Shown here: piece after piece, positions 8,894 through 18,692 of the stretch | Layout of the letters: every line of letters begins with the position of its first letter | Position numbering within the stretch: the stretch's first letter is position 1 | Source of the DNA: a virus | Reading direction: 5' to 3' (one strand) | DNA: 64,000 bases | Virus record (IMG/VR): IMGVR_UViG_3300008107_000029 | Coordinates: 1 to 64,000 of that record | Translations under genes and position numbers: made by a program | Notes under the pieces: model-generated | Told to the model about the DNA's origin: nothing | Seen by the model: the letters and a program-made list of their open reading frames with translations, nothing else | Databases searched by the model: none

Positions 8894-10822
8894 TCACTTT
8901 ATGTCAGAAATATCACAGGCACCTGCTACGCATGCAAGTTCTTGGGAACCTGTTGTCATATCTGATGTCTCATACATCTTTAACCAATTCCAGTCAAGGG
9001 TGTGTGGTGTATTAGCAACTAATGCCTCATACTGCTCTTCTGTAATTGTTGTGTATGGTGCTTGCTGGTATGTGTGTTCTGAATAAGGCAAGAAAGATAC
9101 ACCAGACATTTCATCAATGTGCTCATATACCCAAGCACCTACAGCCATCCATTCACTTTCTTTTACTGATACGGTGATAGATGGTTTGTGCTCTGCCCAG
9201 TGTCTTTGATAAGCCAACCAAAGTTCCAAATGCTTAATTGCAGTTAGATCTTCTCTAACAAGAGATCCTTCTGGTGCCTTAATTGGAAAAGTAAAGACTG
9301 TTGTGTCGTTTGGCTTCATAACGTCTGGCTCTGCTTTTACACCCATGTCTTTTAGCATAGATGTAATTGGATCTTTGTTGTCTCCACGAATTGTACGAGC
9401 ATAGAACTGGCTATGCCAAGGGTGCATTCCTGAAGCACAGTTAACCAACTGAGAAACTGTTCCAGAAGGCTTAACGCAAGTAATTGCTGCTGACTGTGGA
9501 ATACCAATCTTTGCTGCCCATTCCTTATTTACTTCAACTGAATACTCACGAAGTTCTGTAAGCCACTTTTCAAGTTCTGCCATTCCATTTGTACCGTTAA
9601 GTGTTGGATGGCTAAACTGTCCAGTTAAAGAAACTCCGAGAAGTCTTTCTTCATTGCAGTTATCAGACCAAATCTTTCTTAGGTACTTAAATCTTGTAAA
9701 GGTAGACTGTACAGTTCCAAGAATTGTTGCAAGTCTAATTTTTTCTTTTAGTTCTTCTAGTGTATCGTTTTCACGAACAACAACTTCTGTTAGGTTACAG
9801 AACTCGTATGGACGAAGAATAATTTCTGAACATGGGTTTGTTCCAAAGTCAACTTCTGATTCTCTTCTTCCATTTTTTGCTGCAACTCTTTGTGCTGCTT
9901 CACGAGAAAAGATTCCTCGCTCTCCTGACTTTGAATCATACAGAGATTTCCACTCTGCAATAAAAACATCCATAGTTGGTTTTGTTGAATACACTGCTGA
10001 GTTATTTGCAAGAGCACGTTGTGCACTGTACTCCCACCAAGAACCTGACTTTGCACCTGCCATAGTTCTATCATTTAAATCAGAAAGAGAAATCATTGCT
10101 GAACGACGAACTCCACCGACAACTACAACTTCTGCAATCTTACACATAATGTCATGTGCTTCAATTGGAGTTAACTTTCTTCCCTTTGCATTGCTAATTG
10201 TTTCAACTGAAAAAGTAAATAGACGATGAAGTGGATCTGGACCAGATGCACGTCCACCAAAAGTTTTTAAACGAGAACCAACTGGTCTAACCTTTGACAT
10301 ATCCCAAGTTGGAATTTGTCCCTGATACAACAAAGCAATAAGTTCCTTAAGTGCCTTTGCCCAACCACTTTTAGAGTCTTCTACAACAATTGTTGTATTT
10401 GTTTTTTCAAAGTGTTCGTTAATAACTGGTAGTTGATTTACGTATTGTGATTCAACGGAATATCCAACACCTGTTCCACACATTAAAATATACATTGCTT
10501 CGTCAAAAGAACGAAGTGAGTCAACTGGTAAGTAAGCACAGTTGTAAAGGCAAACGTTATCTCTTTCTAATGCTGCTCCAGCAGTCATAAAGCCACGCAT
10601 TGACGGCATTACCTTTGTATCAAGAATTGCACTACGGATCTCTTCAATTACTGAAGAGTCGGTTTCAAATTCATTATGACGCTTCAAGGCATCAAACATA
10701 TAGTCTACGTATCTGTCGACTGTCTCATGCCAATCTTCTCGTCTGCCTTCCTCCTCATTCCATCTCGCATAGCGAGTCTTGTGAATTACTTGTTGGTATG
10801 CGGTTGGCAAACTAATTGACAT
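8894..10822 (-). CDS. nrdJ: Class II (adenosylcobalamin-dependent) ribonucleotide reductase
   Basis: VMPSMR, YNCAY, GGVRRSA, TNPCSEI, CNLTEV, TCVKPSGTVSQL, C-terminal CxxxxC; no beta subunit gene nearby. Confidence 0.93.
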   Translation of the reverse strand: MSISLPTAYQQVIHKTRYARWNEEEGRREDWHETVDRYVDYMFDALKRHNEFETDSSVIEEIRSAILDTKVMPSMRGFMTAGAALERDNVCLYNCAYLPVDSLRSFDEAMYILMCGTGVGYSVESQYVNQLPVINEHFEKTNTTIVVEDSKSGWAKALKELIALLYQGQIPTWDMSKVRPVGSRLKTFGGRASGPDPLHRLFTFSVETISNAKGRKLTPIEAHDIMCKIAEVVVVGGVRRSAMISLSDLNDRTMAGAKSGSWWEYSAQRALANNSAVYSTKPTMDVFIAEWKSLYDSKSGERGIFSREAAQRVAAKNGRRESEVDFGTNPCSEIILRPYEFCNLTEVVVRENDTLEELKEKIRLATILGTVQSTFTRFKYLRKIWSDNCNEERLLGVSLTGQFSHPTLNGTNGMAELEKWLTELREYSVEVNKEWAAKIGIPQSAAITCVKPSGTVSQLVNCASGMHPWHSQFYARTIRGDNKDPITSMLKDMGVKAEPDVMKPNDTTVFTFPIKAPEGSLVREDLTAIKHLELWLAYQRHWAEHKPSITVSVKESEWMAVGAWVYEHIDEMSGVSFLPYSEHTYQQAPYTTITEEQYEALVANTPHTLDWNWLKMYETSDMTTGSQELACVAGACDISDIK

Positions 10823-10884
10823 ATGACTGTCTCCTTTTCGTATTTGTAGTTAAAAATACCTCCTTGAAATTTGGAGGTAAGCCT

Positions 10885-10913
10885 AGTATACTACATGTAT
10901 GGTTCGTGGGCAA
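10885..10913 (-). promoter_or_regulatory. Sigma-A-type promoter for nrdJ
   Basis: TTGCCC-17nt-TATACT on the minus strand. Confidence 0.5.
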
Positions 10914-10931
10914 ATTAACTCAGGAGGTAAG

Positions 10932-11168
10932 ATGAATAGAGATTTAACAATTCAAGAAGTGCACAAATATTTAAAACTAGTTGAACTAGGAGTGACTAAG
11001 CCTATATTATGTCCTCTAGATCAAGATCACATGCCAATGGTAAGTCAGTATGATGAAAAGTCACAAATGTCCTATTTTTACTGTCTAGCATGTGAGACAA
11101 AGTTACGCTTAGGTCAGAATTTAACTAAGTTTATATTTTCTCAACTTGACATATTTAAAACCCTCTGA
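10932..11168 (+). CDS. Small zinc-ribbon-like protein
   Basis: SD AGGAGGT; CPLD..H and CLAC motifs. Confidence 0.65.
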   Translation: MNRDLTIQEVHKYLKLVELGVTKPILCPLDQDHMPMVSQYDEKSQMSYFYCLACETKLRLGQNLTKFIFSQLDIFKTL

Positions 11169-11183
11169 TAGACTTTAATTATT

Positions 11184-11723
11184 ATGATTTATAAATATCA
11201 AAGAATATTTATAATTGTTGGATATATTTTTCTTATATTAGCAATTGTAAATATCACAGAGAGAGGTTATATATCGTCAAGAGCAGTAGCAGCGACTACT
11301 GTCCAAACTGATATCGCAAGATCTGAAAAGCAACTACGTGATCAGGTCATCAATTCTAAACAACTCACACCTGCCCAATTATTGTCAGTATTAAAGGATG
11401 CTGGATTTAAGGGAAACAACTTGCGTGAGGCTTGGGCCATTGCAATGAGAGAGTCTAATGGACGACCAAATGCATTCAATGGGGACCTTAGTACTGGTGA
11501 TCAGTCTTATGGAATTTTTCAGATAAATATGATTGGAGATCTAGGTCCTGATCGTCGTGATCGTTATGACTTAGAGAAAAACTCTGATTTGTTCAACCCT
11601 TACCTTAATGCTGAAATTGCATACAAGATGAGTCGTGGTGGTGAAGACTGGTCCTCATGGAAAGGTCTTACCCCTAGAGCAATGGAGTTCTACAAAGATT
11701 ATCCTAATTACTTTGATAAGTGA
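11184..11723 (+). CDS. Membrane-anchored lysozyme-like/lytic transglycosylase
   Basis: N-terminal TM helix; AIAMRESNG..AFN, SYGIFQIN, LFNP..NA, WSSW SLT-like motifs. Confidence 0.8.
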   Translation: MIYKYQRIFIIVGYIFLILAIVNITERGYISSRAVAATTVQTDIARSEKQLRDQVINSKQLTPAQLLSVLKDAGFKGNNLREAWAIAMRESNGRPNAFNGDLSTGDQSYGIFQINMIGDLGPDRRDRYDLEKNSDLFNPYLNAEIAYKMSRGGEDWSSWKGLTPRAMEFYKDYPNYFDK

Positions 11724-12688
11724 TTTCGTTCGGTAAATTCTGTAAAGAACTTATCGACCTTTGTAGACCAAGACCAGTCTCTATGAATCTCATGAGATTT
11801 AATTTCAAACTCACTTAAATACTGTTGTGGATTGTTGTATACCATCATGATCTTTTCTTTGAAGTCTGTCATGTCTGGTTTAAACATCATACCTGGATGA
11901 GTCTCTTGCCAAGGATGCATAGACAGTTCTGATTTAATAGCCAAGTCATCTGCAAGGTATTGATAGTCTGCCCAACCAGATGTAAAGATTGCTGGCATTC
12001 CTGTAGCCATTGCCTGAAGTGGCATTAAACCAAATCCTTCACCCCAAGATGGATAAAGCATTACGTGGCAAGAAGCATATAAGTCTGCCATCTCTGTATA
12101 GTTAAGATTACTTAAAATTACTTTAATATTTGGCTCTGTGTAGCAAGCCTCTGGAAGAGGATAATGCTTGTCTGAATTCTTGTAGCCCTTAATTACTAAC
12201 TCTACGTCATTGTTGCCTGCAAATAGGTCTAGAAAGGCTTCTACGGTCTCTGTAAGGCCTTTTCGTAGGGCAGGGTGGCCTACATGTAAAAACCTGAGTT
12301 TATAGTTTAGAGATCTTCCTCTTGGCGAGAAAGTATCATCAATTCCGTGATGAAAAACCTTTACGTCTTTAATTCCGTGATCTTCAAAAACATTTTTGGT
12401 AAATTGATTAGGTGCCCAGATTTCATCGCAGCCAAGCATTGGCTCAATCCAGTCTCCTTCGTTGGTGGGAAGCATTGTAGACTCCCAAGGGGTGTATCCA
12501 ATCTTAAGTGACTTGTCGTCAAAGAATTGATAGTGGTGTGGTTGAATAAAGTTGATTTCTACATTGGCAGGAATCTTATTTGTCATTACAGAGTAACCTA
12601 ATTTAGTAAGGTTGGTCATTAGTTTAAAATTTGCATAGCCGTAGCCAGTAGGCAAAAGTCCAGTGCCATTGTTAAATGAAATTTTCAT
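11708..12688 (-). CDS. GT-B glycosyltransferase (family 4-like)
   Basis: TGYG, RKG, PSWGEGFGLMPLQAMATGMP motif. Confidence 0.88.
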   Translation of the reverse strand: MKISFNNGTGLLPTGYGYANFKLMTNLTKLGYSVMTNKIPANVEINFIQPHHYQFFDDKSLKIGYTPWESTMLPTNEGDWIEPMLGCDEIWAPNQFTKNVFEDHGIKDVKVFHHGIDDTFSPRGRSLNYKLRFLHVGHPALRKGLTETVEAFLDLFAGNNDVELVIKGYKNSDKHYPLPEACYTEPNIKVILSNLNYTEMADLYASCHVMLYPSWGEGFGLMPLQAMATGMPAIFTSGWADYQYLADDLAIKSELSMHPWQETHPGMMFKPDMTDFKEKIMMVYNNPQQYLSEFEIKSHEIHRDWSWSTKVDKFFTEFTERNHLSK

Positions 12689-12702
12689 AAACGGATTGTA
12701 TC

Positions 12703-12990
12703 CTATTTCCAGTTCTTAGTCGCTATATCGGAAAGGATCTTTAGTTGACCCTTTATTTCTTGAACATCAGCCTTTGTGTCATTTAACACGTCAGCCATCG
12801 AGTCTCCACCATTTGGATAGAGTTGATGCTCAATCTTATCAAGTCTTTCTCCAAGTGTACGACCCTTGCTATCCTTCTTAAAGATAACTTCAAATTTTCT
12901 AGCCATTCCGTAGCCAAAAAACCATACGCCTGCTATGACTGTGATCAGTTCCCAATATTGTAAAAACAGTTTGATGGGTTCTTCCCACAT
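12703..12990 (-). CDS. Small membrane protein (possible lysis accessory)
   Basis: N-terminal TM helix followed by PNGG and a coiled coil; next to the holin-like gene. Confidence 0.55.
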   Translation of the reverse strand: MWEEPIKLFLQYWELITVIAGVWFFGYGMARKFEVIFKKDSKGRTLGERLDKIEHQLYPNGGDSMADVLNDTKADVQEIKGQLKILSDIATKNWK

Positions 12991-13017
12991 TCTGCATATT
13001 CCTCTTTTCTATATTAA

Positions 13018-13041
13018 AGGGGCTGGACTTACCAGCCCCCT
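13018..13041 (-). terminator. Hairpin after the holin-like gene
   Basis: GGGGCTGG/CCAGCCCC inverted repeat. Confidence 0.55.
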
Positions 13042-13054
13042 CAACATAATGTTA

Positions 13055-13318
13055 TTACTTGACTGTAGTCTTCTTCTTTGCTGGTGCCTTCTTAGGCTTT
13101 GCTGCAACTGCAGCAGCCTTAATGTCTTCTGCGGATGGTGTTCTACCAAAAGCAGGGTCATTAGGATTTGCATATCGAAGTGCTACGGGTGCTAGTGCTG
13201 CTACCAATGACCAAACTAGGTCCTTTGGATCAGTAACACCTGCCATGTAAAGAGTACCTACACCTGCAAGGACAGAACGTCCATAAGATGACAGTAGTTC
13301 TTTTAGTGATTTAGACAT
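13055..13318 (-). CDS. Putative holin
   Basis: 87 aa, two hydrophobic segments, NPNDPAFG motif, basic C-terminal tail. Confidence 0.6.
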   Translation of the reverse strand: MSKSLKELLSSYGRSVLAGVGTLYMAGVTDPKDLVWSLVAALAPVALRYANPNDPAFGRTPSAEDIKAAAVAAKPKKAPAKKKTTVK

Positions 13319-13421
13319 TTATGTCTCCTTTTTTTGTACAGCCTAAAAAGACTGGTAATATCTATTGTACACTATGATTGTTTTATGGTATTATTAGATT
13401 CTACGAGAAAGAGAAATAATA

Positions 13422-13649
13422 ATGGCAGAACTACACGAATCCCCAGAAAATGACATGAATGCCAATTCTGGGATTGTTAACTTTATCATGCTTGGAAGAA
13501 TTTACGATTTGTTAATGTTAATTGCAGATGCACAAGGCAAGGGAGCCGAAGCACTGGATCTATACAGCAAGCATCAGCAAGGACTATTAATGTCCCCACT
13601 TCCAGCCTTAGCACCACAGGTAGAAGAGGAAAATGTCCAAGAGAATTAA
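13422..13649 (+). CDS. Hypothetical protein
   Basis: 75-aa ORF with an upstream purine-rich SD. Confidence 0.6.
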   Translation: MAELHESPENDMNANSGIVNFIMLGRIYDLLMLIADAQGKGAEALDLYSKHQQGLLMSPLPALAPQVEEENVQEN

Positions 13650-13769
13650 AACTGTTTTGGCTTTAACAGCATTTTTTATATTCCCACTACTTGCAGTTTT
13701 GTTTGTTGGAAAACTTATCTTTGAACAAATGGAAAAAATTAATTTTGACTTTGACCTTAATGAGGACTA

Positions 13770-14564
13770 ATGGAATACAAAGACAGATCACACCTAGAGG
13801 ATATTGCTAAAAGAGGAGTCTCCTCTAGAGATGTTGATGGAACCACATTTTATAAAATGATGGATACGTTTGAAATTTGTGTTGATCAAGATGACCACGG
13901 ATTTGCACCACACGCAGAAGATGGATATTGGGAATCTTGGATTACGCTTTGGATGTCGAAAAATATAGCACCTGGTTCTTTTGTAGCAGACATTGGTGCT
14001 AACCACGGATACTACTCGTTATTTCTTGCTGCACAAGACTGCCCCGTACACGCATACGAACCACAAGAAAAATTATGTGCCTTAATAGCAAAATCTGTTG
14101 AGGCAAACAACTTCGAAAATTTAAGGGTCTTTCAAGAGGCTGTAAGCGATGAGGCTGGATGGGCAGAGTTTATTGTTCCTATTCACCACGGTATGAATGC
14201 AACATTAACAGAACCAGGATATATGCCTGATGGATTTGAAACTATCTCAGTTCCTACTTCAAAATTAGATGACGTCCAATGGGACTACGATTTTATTAAG
14301 ATTGATGCTGAGGGTGCAGAAAACAAAATTTGGGATGGTATGCAGGAGTGGCTAGAACGTAATCCAGAAGTAACAATCCTAATGGAGTGGAGATATGATA
14401 GATATCCAGATCCAGAGACATTCGCTCAAAGTATATTCGAAAAAATGAGTGTGAAGGCAGTTAACTTCGATGGAAATGAAGAAGATATAGATCTTGAACG
14501 CTTGTATACTCGAAAAAATGCTGACTGGATGCTTGTTCTGCGAAAGGATACCAATAGGCCCTGA
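13770..14564 (+). CDS. FkbM-family SAM-dependent methyltransferase
   Basis: DIGANHGYYS, AYEP, DFIKIDAEGAE. Confidence 0.88.
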   Translation: MEYKDRSHLEDIAKRGVSSRDVDGTTFYKMMDTFEICVDQDDHGFAPHAEDGYWESWITLWMSKNIAPGSFVADIGANHGYYSLFLAAQDCPVHAYEPQEKLCALIAKSVEANNFENLRVFQEAVSDEAGWAEFIVPIHHGMNATLTEPGYMPDGFETISVPTSKLDDVQWDYDFIKIDAEGAENKIWDGMQEWLERNPEVTILMEWRYDRYPDPETFAQSIFEKMSVKAVNFDGNEEDIDLERLYTRKNADWMLVLRKDTNRP

Positions 14565-15348
14565 AGCAGGGCACTTTATCCATATGAACTTTAACGGACC
14601 TACAAATAAGACTGAAGGGGACTACTCCCTTATATTAGATACTTTCTGGCTATTTACAAAGTACCCACATGATATTGCCATAACTAGAGAGTTAGGCTTA
14701 AATGCTGGATGGGACCCAGAATCCTGTGATGCCATTTTGCATAATGTAAAGCCAGGGGATGTATGTGTAAATGTTGGAATTGACTTTGGCTACTTTACTG
14801 AAATTATGGCAAGGCTTGCTGGTAAAAATGGAAAAGTAATCTCCGTAAGCCCAGTTTCTGAAATTATTGAAAATTACAAAAAGTCGACGGCTAAAAACGA
14901 CTATACCAATACTGCCCCTATAGAGTTATACATAGAGGCCCTAGGCAATAGAGAATTAGATGTAAGGTTTATATACCTAGAGGAAAACCCTGGAGCCTCA
15001 TATATTAAGAAACTAGGAATATCTCACGATGTTATGGGCCATGGGCAGTTTGAGGTTATAAATATGAAAACCAAGCCTTTTAAAGAGATATATCAAGGGG
15101 ATGTAGACTTTGCTATAGTAAAGGCTTCAGGATACGAATTAGAGGCCTTACAGGGCTTTCTAAGGCTACCTAAGACCCTAGTCATAGAATATGTTACACC
15201 TTGGGCAAGTAATGAGTATGTTGATTTTATTTTTGATAACTACGAAGTCAGAACCAATAAAGAAGTTCCTGTATTCCGTAATGATGATTTACTTAGATCA
15301 CATCTGAATACTGTGCTTGTATGTAGATTAAAGGACTCTATCATATAA
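14518..15348 (+). CDS. Divergent FkbM-family methyltransferase paralog
   Basis: NVGIDFGYFT and DFAIVKASGYELEAL are degenerate versions of the motifs in the upstream gene; start uncertain. Confidence 0.7.
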   Translation: MLTGCLFCERIPIGPEAGHFIHMNFNGPTNKTEGDYSLILDTFWLFTKYPHDIAITRELGLNAGWDPESCDAILHNVKPGDVCVNVGIDFGYFTEIMARLAGKNGKVISVSPVSEIIENYKKSTAKNDYTNTAPIELYIEALGNRELDVRFIYLEENPGASYIKKLGISHDVMGHGQFEVINMKTKPFKEIYQGDVDFAIVKASGYELEALQGFLRLPKTLVIEYVTPWASNEYVDFIFDNYEVRTNKEVPVFRNDDLLRSHLNTVLVCRLKDSII

Positions 15349-15531
15349 AAGGTCAGAAGTCCTGACTAGCCACCGATTTTTTATAGAAAAAATACTATCT
15401 TTTATTAATATAAGTATTTTCTATTATATATTTTTTTACCTATATTTATTTTACTTATAGGTATTTTCTTCTTATATTTAGATTATACACAAAACTTTAT
15501 TATCAAGAGTAAAATGTCCTATTTTGTACCT

Positions 15532-16035
15532 TTATGGTTGCCATAGTTTAAATTGTCTATAGGGAGAATCAAAACTAGGCTGATTCTTCATTTTACCTAT
15601 CTTTACTTGCATATAAACTTTATCAGAACCGTCTAGGTTCCAGCATAGAGAGCCATACCAGATCTTAGGAGTGTTTTTACCTAGTACCCATGTGTTTGTA
15701 GCAGTAGAGTCCCTCACACCCCCTGATTTTAGTCTTACAAATCTTACTTTGATATATTTAGGATTCTTATCCCTAAAGTTTAACTTTAGACCTCCACAGT
15801 ATATTGATCTACTACTTACAGGATCTAAATAGTCTTCTCCTGTAAAGTCTAAAGTATGCCATTTACCATCAGCCTTGATCTTTTGTGTAAATTCATCTTT
15901 CTTTAATTGTCTTGCGTACTCTCCAGGATATATCTCATCAAAGAACATCTTGGAGTATTCTGGATTAGCCTTTACCCCCACCGAGCCAAAAAACAATAGG
16001 GATAGGGTAAATATAAATATTTGAATTTTCCTCAT
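15532..16035 (-). CDS. Hypothetical secreted protein
   Basis: Sec-like signal peptide MRKIQIFIFTLSLLFFGSVGVKA. Confidence 0.6.
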   Translation of the reverse strand: MRKIQIFIFTLSLLFFGSVGVKANPEYSKMFFDEIYPGEYARQLKKDEFTQKIKADGKWHTLDFTGEDYLDPVSSRSIYCGGLKLNFRDKNPKYIKVRFVRLKSGGVRDSTATNTWVLGKNTPKIWYGSLCWNLDGSDKVYMQVKIGKMKNQPSFDSPYRQFKLWQP

Positions 16036-16145
16036 ATTTTAATATAACACAGATAGGCCTTTGATTTTGGAAAAATGTGAATGTCTGTAAAACATGTATG
16101 ATACGAGTTTTTTATATGCGATCTAGAAATATATAGTGAGCACAT

Positions 16146-16170
16146 AGGGGGAGTGCCATAGCACCCCCCC
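16146..16170 (-). terminator. Hairpin ending the leftward small-ORF transcript
   Basis: GGGGGGTGC-TATG-GCACTCCCCC immediately after the stop at 16177. Confidence 0.6.
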
Positions 16171-16176
16171 GTCTGC

Positions 16177-16347
16177 TTAGTTATCCATAACGGCTTGATA
16201 AAATTTATCAGCGTTGAAGTTTGGGTTATCTGATAGAAAATAATCTGAGAAATCTTCTACCAAATCACTCATAGTTTCGATACCTAATTCATCTAGGTAA
16301 TCTTTTAGAATGTTAGCCGTAGCCACATAATCTTTTCTAGTCATCAT
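16177..16347 (-). CDS. Small hypothetical protein (not in ORF track)
   Basis: MMTRKDYVATANILKDY...KFYQAVMDN; ATGA coupling with the upstream gene. Confidence 0.6.
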   Translation of the reverse strand: MMTRKDYVATANILKDYLDELGIETMSDLVEDFSDYFLSDNPNFNADKFYQAVMDN

Positions 16348-16565
16348 TTTTCTACCACCCTTCTACCTTCACGATAGAATATCTTAGTGTAACACTTGCC
16401 TAGTGGCGTGTAGAGATTTACTGTCGAATACTCGTTAGCAAATCCCCAATCAGTAAATGCAAGAAAGTTCTTGAACGCTTGCAACTCATCTGAGTATTGG
16501 AATGTATTGTTAGGCTGTTTAGCCTCATCATATGTAACAGTTATCTTATACAAATTAGTTACCAT
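16344..16565 (-). CDS. Small hypothetical protein
   Basis: MVTNLYKITVTYD...; overlaps its neighbours. Confidence 0.55.
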   Translation of the reverse strand: MVTNLYKITVTYDEAKQPNNTFQYSDELQAFKNFLAFTDWGFANEYSTVNLYTPLGKCYTKIFYREGRRVVEK

Positions 16566-16764
16566 TCTTTCTGTAATCAAATACCCAACGACTTTCGTTA
16601 GGTGATAGGTATTTGTGAGAGATGTGTCCCTCACTTGCTACCATATGGACAAATGCCATACGGCTTATATAGTTACCATTCGCAAGGCGAAAGATATTCT
16701 TATTCTTAGTATTGCTACTAGCCATAGGATGACTAGGCTCTACTACTACTGTTAGTGAGTTCAT
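16555..16764 (-). CDS. Small hypothetical protein
   Basis: SD GAAAGGGG, downstream of the promoter at 16883-16904. Confidence 0.6.
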   Translation of the reverse strand: MNSLTVVVEPSHPMASSNTKNKNIFRLANGNYISRMAFVHMVASEGHISHKYLSPNESRWVFDYRKNGN

Positions 16765-16938
16765 ATTGAACCCCTTTCTTTTTATTCGATTAGACTTTCT
16801 AATCTTTTTGCTGACCTAGGTTATTTGCTTATCTTATTTGATAAGGCTCACTAGGATTTCTTATTTAGTTGTTATAGTAGATATTGTAGCACCTACCACT
16901 GACATTTTGACCCTTTTTAGGGGGTGTGTCGATGTGAT

Positions 16939-17109
16939 TTACACCACACTAGGGGACTTATCGTAGGTATATCCTACGCCTGCCTCATAGTATGCGAACA
17001 TCTGTTCGGTTTTGTGAGATTTGTCTGACTTGCAGAACCTATCCCAACTATCACCTGTCCAATTACAGGAGAGGCACTTACTTACTTGATGTGATAATAC
17101 TTTAGTCAT
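16939..17109 (-). CDS. Small Cys-containing hypothetical protein
   Basis: MTKVLSHQVSKCLSC...FC...H; SD GAAAGGG. Confidence 0.55.
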   Translation of the reverse strand: MTKVLSHQVSKCLSCNWTGDSWDRFCKSDKSHKTEQMFAYYEAGVGYTYDKSPSVV

Positions 17110-17403
17110 TTTGACCCTTTCTAGTTTGAGAACCTTTCTCAACTTTCTATATACCATAGTATAACAGACCCCACTGACATTTTGACCTGTTTTTCGGGCG
17201 TGTCGCAGAACTATTTTTGTGATTTACACCACATTTTGCCGCCCTAGATCTACCGCCCCCGTGTGGCCTACATCACATATGACCTACGTCACAATGTCCG
17301 ATTTACCCCATTTATACCCCTCAAAATGTCAGACCCCTATGTTATACTTCTAGGTATAGAAGGTTGAAAAAGAAGTAAACCTAACTAAAGAAAGGAAGTC
17401 AAA

Positions 17404-17580
17404 ATGACTTCACTAAATACAATGTGCAAAACGCACAATCCTTTTGTCCCTGCTATCTCTATGGTAGGTGATGACCAATTTACTTTCTGTCAAGATTGTG
17501 AACAAAACATTGAGCGTTGGTATAACGATACTGACCCTGAGCGTCTACCTATGTGGACAGATTGGAAGGTGTCTAAATAA
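17404..17580 (+). CDS. Small zinc-finger-like protein (not in ORF track)
   Basis: MTSLNTMCKTH...FCQDCEQNI; SD GAAAGGA; TAATG coupling to the next ORF. Confidence 0.6.
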   Translation: MTSLNTMCKTHNPFVPAISMVGDDQFTFCQDCEQNIERWYNDTDPERLPMWTDWKVSK

Positions 17581-17744
17581 TGAGCACCCTTTATCCTCTA
17601 GTTTCCGTATGTGGAAACTCAACATCTTATGTAGATGCATTTGATGTAAACTATAATCCTCACGGCTCTATCTGCTGTGATAATTGCGAAAGCATTTTGA
17701 TTTGCCGTAAGGCGTGGGACTTTCTATACAAAGGAGTAAAATAA
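17580..17744 (+). CDS. Small Cys-rich protein (not in ORF track)
   Basis: MSTLYPLVSVCG...CCDNC...ICRK; TAATG coupling on both sides. Confidence 0.6.
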   Translation: MSTLYPLVSVCGNSTSYVDAFDVNYNPHGSICCDNCESILICRKAWDFLYKGVK

Positions 17745-17959
17745 TGAGAGCCTATTCTATTGTAGATTTGCTAGTAGACCAATACTATGCACCAACATCA
17801 TTGCGTCGTAGATACAATGGTGGAATTATAAACTTTGCTGAAAAGCGTGAAGATGTTTATCCACCAGAAGGCTATGAGGCTTTCGCTGTTCGTTATCGTC
17901 CAACAGGTTCACTCAATGACGAGTGGGCAACAGTTGCTGTTAGAATTGAGAATTACTAA
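17744..17959 (+). CDS. Small hypothetical protein, paralog of 19357-19560
   Basis: SD AAGGAG; YSIVDLLV...GII..AEK...TVAV. Confidence 0.65.
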   Translation: MRAYSIVDLLVDQYYAPTSLRRRYNGGIINFAEKREDVYPPEGYEAFAVRYRPTGSLNDEWATVAVRIENY

Positions 17960-18210
17960 TGAATAATTTTTATCAAACTTTTTTTGTAAGTGGTAATGCA
18001 CTGCTTTGGTTTTCTATGATCTGTTTAGGTTATGGATTTTATTTATTCGTGAAAAGCGAATAAATTTGCCGCCAAAATGTGATGCATCTCACACCGTTTG
18101 AGCGTCTCAATATATGAAATTACTGGCTAGTAAGTTGAAAATGTCAGCCCCGTATGCTAGACTTACGGAGTAAGAAAGTGAGAAACTCTCACTACGAAAG
18201 GTGGTTCAAT

Positions 18211-18438
18211 ATGAACTTCACACTAAATACGCTCCCTGCGTCATACGCTAATAAAATCGTATGCTGTTTCTGCTCACAATATGCAAATGACTTTTGCAAA
18301 TCTTGTAATGACTACAAGGGTCTAATGACTCTTGCAGAATTTATGTCCTACTATGAAATTTCAGAGTGGGTTGCTGATGAGGCAGATGTAATGTCTGCTA
18401 AATTAGATGAACTTATTTCGAAAGGAGTGTATGCGTAA
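18211..18438 (+). CDS. Small zinc-finger-like protein
   Basis: CCFC...FCKSC; SD GAAAGGTGG. Confidence 0.6.
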   Translation: MNFTLNTLPASYANKIVCCFCSQYANDFCKSCNDYKGLMTLAEFMSYYEISEWVADEADVMSAKLDELISKGVYA

Positions 18439-18692
18439 TGGGATACATTGAAATTTTTAGATTAGATGAAAATGGTGCAGGTTGGGTAGATTTATCTGAC
18501 GCTACACCAGATGAAATGTTCAATATCGAATTAGGGCTACTAAATGAAGGTGCCCTCTTTACTACTAAGGAGAATGACTAATGAACATAGATGAATTCAA
18601 AGCCCACGTTATTGCACAGCGTGAGGCAAGCAAGGCTCAAGCCCTCGCTGCCCTAACTAACAACCTACCTACTAAAGAAAGCAAGTGATACA

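Noticed and set aside
8894-10822. Intein or intron in the RNR
   Set aside because: Length (642 aa) and motif order are continuous, with no splice-junction motifs
15349-15531. Very AT-rich gap as an origin or ncRNA
   Set aside because: No iterons, DnaA boxes or stable stems seen; it lies between convergent genes and is adequately explained as a termination region
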